Source: an uncultured Spirochaetaceae bacterium
Lineage (GTDB): Bacteria; Myxococcota_A; UBA9160; UBA4427
DNA length: 64,000 bases
Assembly: GCA_964435795.1 (NCBI GenBank)
Contig: CAYTAT010000004.1
Coordinates: 28,955-92,954, forward strand
Reading direction: 5' to 3'
Shown: positions 62,968 to 64,000 of the stretch, one piece after another
Layout of the letters: the number at the start of each line of letters is the position of its first letter
How positions within the stretch are numbered: position 1 is the first letter of the stretch
Program-made: the position numbers and the translations under genes
The notes under the pieces: generated by a model
The model's database searches: none
What the model was told of the DNA's origin: nothing
Seen by the model: only the letters and a program-made list of their open reading frames with translations

Positions 62968-64000
62968 GGGACCTCCTCCCGGAAAGGGACACCTCCATTT
63001 CGCGTCGCGAAGTGCGCTGGACCTGGTAGTGCTTCTCCCGCAGAAGTGACGGGATGCCCTGATCTCCAATCAGGTGGCCAACTCCCAGCACGACGAAGAC
63101 CAGTTCACCCGCGTGTTGTTCGGCATCGAGAAGTACCTCCAGGTGGTTCGACATCTCCCGGTTTCGATCGAAGAACATGGCCTGGTAGAGGGGCTGAAGA
63201 TCCGGCGTCCCGGCGTGATCCTCGAAGATCAGATCCTCCAGGGTTCTTTCATCTCCGGCTCGCCAGGCATCGACCGTCAGCTCGACAAAGGAATTGGCCT
63301 CGTCGTAATGATTGAGGGTATCGAGCAGGGCGAGTTCCTGGGTTGCGGATGGCAGAGAGGCCATGCGCGAAAGAAGATTTGAGGCGGTTTCGAGGGAGAT
63401 GACGCTGCGTTCGCCGGCATTCCGGATGAAGTGTCGATCCGTTCCCTCCAGACTCGAGAAACCGAGTTCCCGAGTTGCTTCTGAAGTCAGCAGATTGGTG
63501 ATCAACCACGGCCGCATTCTCTCGGCGGCTCTAAGGGGAAGTCCCGAGTCGGCGAGGCTCTCCTTGAGCAGGGTCCAGGTTTCCGGGCTGACCATCATCT
63601 GCAGCGAACCACCGGGCGGGAGGTTGCCATAGTAGTTGATCAGGAACTGCCAACTCGGAGCGGCGATCTCCTCGGGGTCGAGTTCGACCACCAGGGCCTT
63701 CGATTCCTCGAAGGTGGCGAGCACGCTCGGGGGGTAGCGCCATCCCGCGGGTGGGCCCAGGTGAATGGAGCCGAGAATGTAGAGTTCCGCCCCTGGCCCC
63801 CCTGAAACCCGCCAGCTGAGGGGGAGGGCCTGGTTGGGCTCGAGTTTGCGGAGCACGGCCTGGGGATCCCGGAAACTCGCGCAACTCCACGGTCCGCCGG
63901 CCAGCAGGGCGAGCAGGCAGACAAGGCCGAGCCAGGGAAGAGACGGACTTGCGCGTCGCGCGCGATGCCCGGCTAGACGGCTGCCCAGAAGTCTCCGATC
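62951..64000 (-). CDS. TraB/GumN family protein; 5' end unresolved (frame open to the window edge)
   Basis: ELYILGSIHLG motif. Upstream, in the same frame: RARRASPSLPWLGLVCLLALLAGGPWSCA (signal-like). No ATG/GTG/TTG precedes it inside the window. Confidence 0.7.
   Translation of the reverse strand, partial: DRRLLGSRLAGHRARRASPSLPWLGLVCLLALLAGGPWSCASFRDPQAVLRKLEPNQALPLSWRVSGGPGAELYILGSIHLGPPAGWRYPPSVLATFEESKALVVELDPEEIAAPSWQFLINYYGNLPPGGSLQMMVSPETWTLLKESLADSGLPLRAAERMRPWLITNLLTSEATRELGFSSLEGTDRHFIRNAGERSVISLETASNLLSRMASLPSATQELALLDTLNHYDEANSFVELTVDAWRAGDERTLEDLIFEDHAGTPDLQPLYQAMFFDRNREMSNHLEVLLDAEQHAGELVFVVLGVGHLIGDQGIPSLLREKHYQVQRTSRREMEVSLSGRRSLAVDP

Overview
GC-rich bacterial chromosomal segment. 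My spot counts of single 60-nt lines inside genes give about 65-77% G+C. It is densely coding on both strands, with about 55 protein genes. I recognised no rRNA, tRNA, CRISPR array, transposase or integrase. The six-frame track contains many long antisense and out-of-frame ORFs, as expected at high GC, so I chose frames by recognisable family motifs, signal peptides and Shine-Dalgarno-like sequences.

The content is mostly housekeeping or metabolic:
- M48 peptidase, CoA-transferase, cysE, tesB, aroB, carboxylesterase and an aldo/keto reductase.
- A YfhO-like membrane protein.
- GH2, a PQQ dehydrogenase and a beta-lactamase-fold hydrolase.
- A MATE pump and a Fur-family regulator.
- rmlA/rmlC, comM, folC, GH20, homocysteine S-methyltransferase, mutS2 and murQ.
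- A divergent acyl-CoA/aldehyde catabolic cluster: ALDH, two SDRs, ACAD, enoyl-CoA hydratase and an aminotransferase.

Things worth a second look:
1. A bacterial topoisomerase VI pair (top6B-top6A). Both subunits carry Lys/Ala-rich N-terminal tails, and the pair is co-directional with rmlA-rmlC.
2. A deletion relic of a czcCBA-type efflux operon.
3. A cluster of three secreted proteins: an M28-like protein with substituted metal ligands, a VWA protein, and an 8x DxDxDG repeat protein.
4. A Fur-family gene followed by a LysW-like zinc-ribbon mini-protein.
5. Two AT-rich patches in an otherwise GC-rich window. One holds an NRDE gene plus a Cys-rich small ORF. The other (60.9-61.2 kb) has a promoter-like site, a 10-bp x3 repeat and a strong intrinsic terminator, which makes it a candidate small RNA.
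6. Several short tandem arrays of exactly three copies, and several long inverted repeats in intergenic DNA.

I see no clear evidence for a defined novel multi-gene system. All functional ideas below are hypotheses from reading the sequence by hand.
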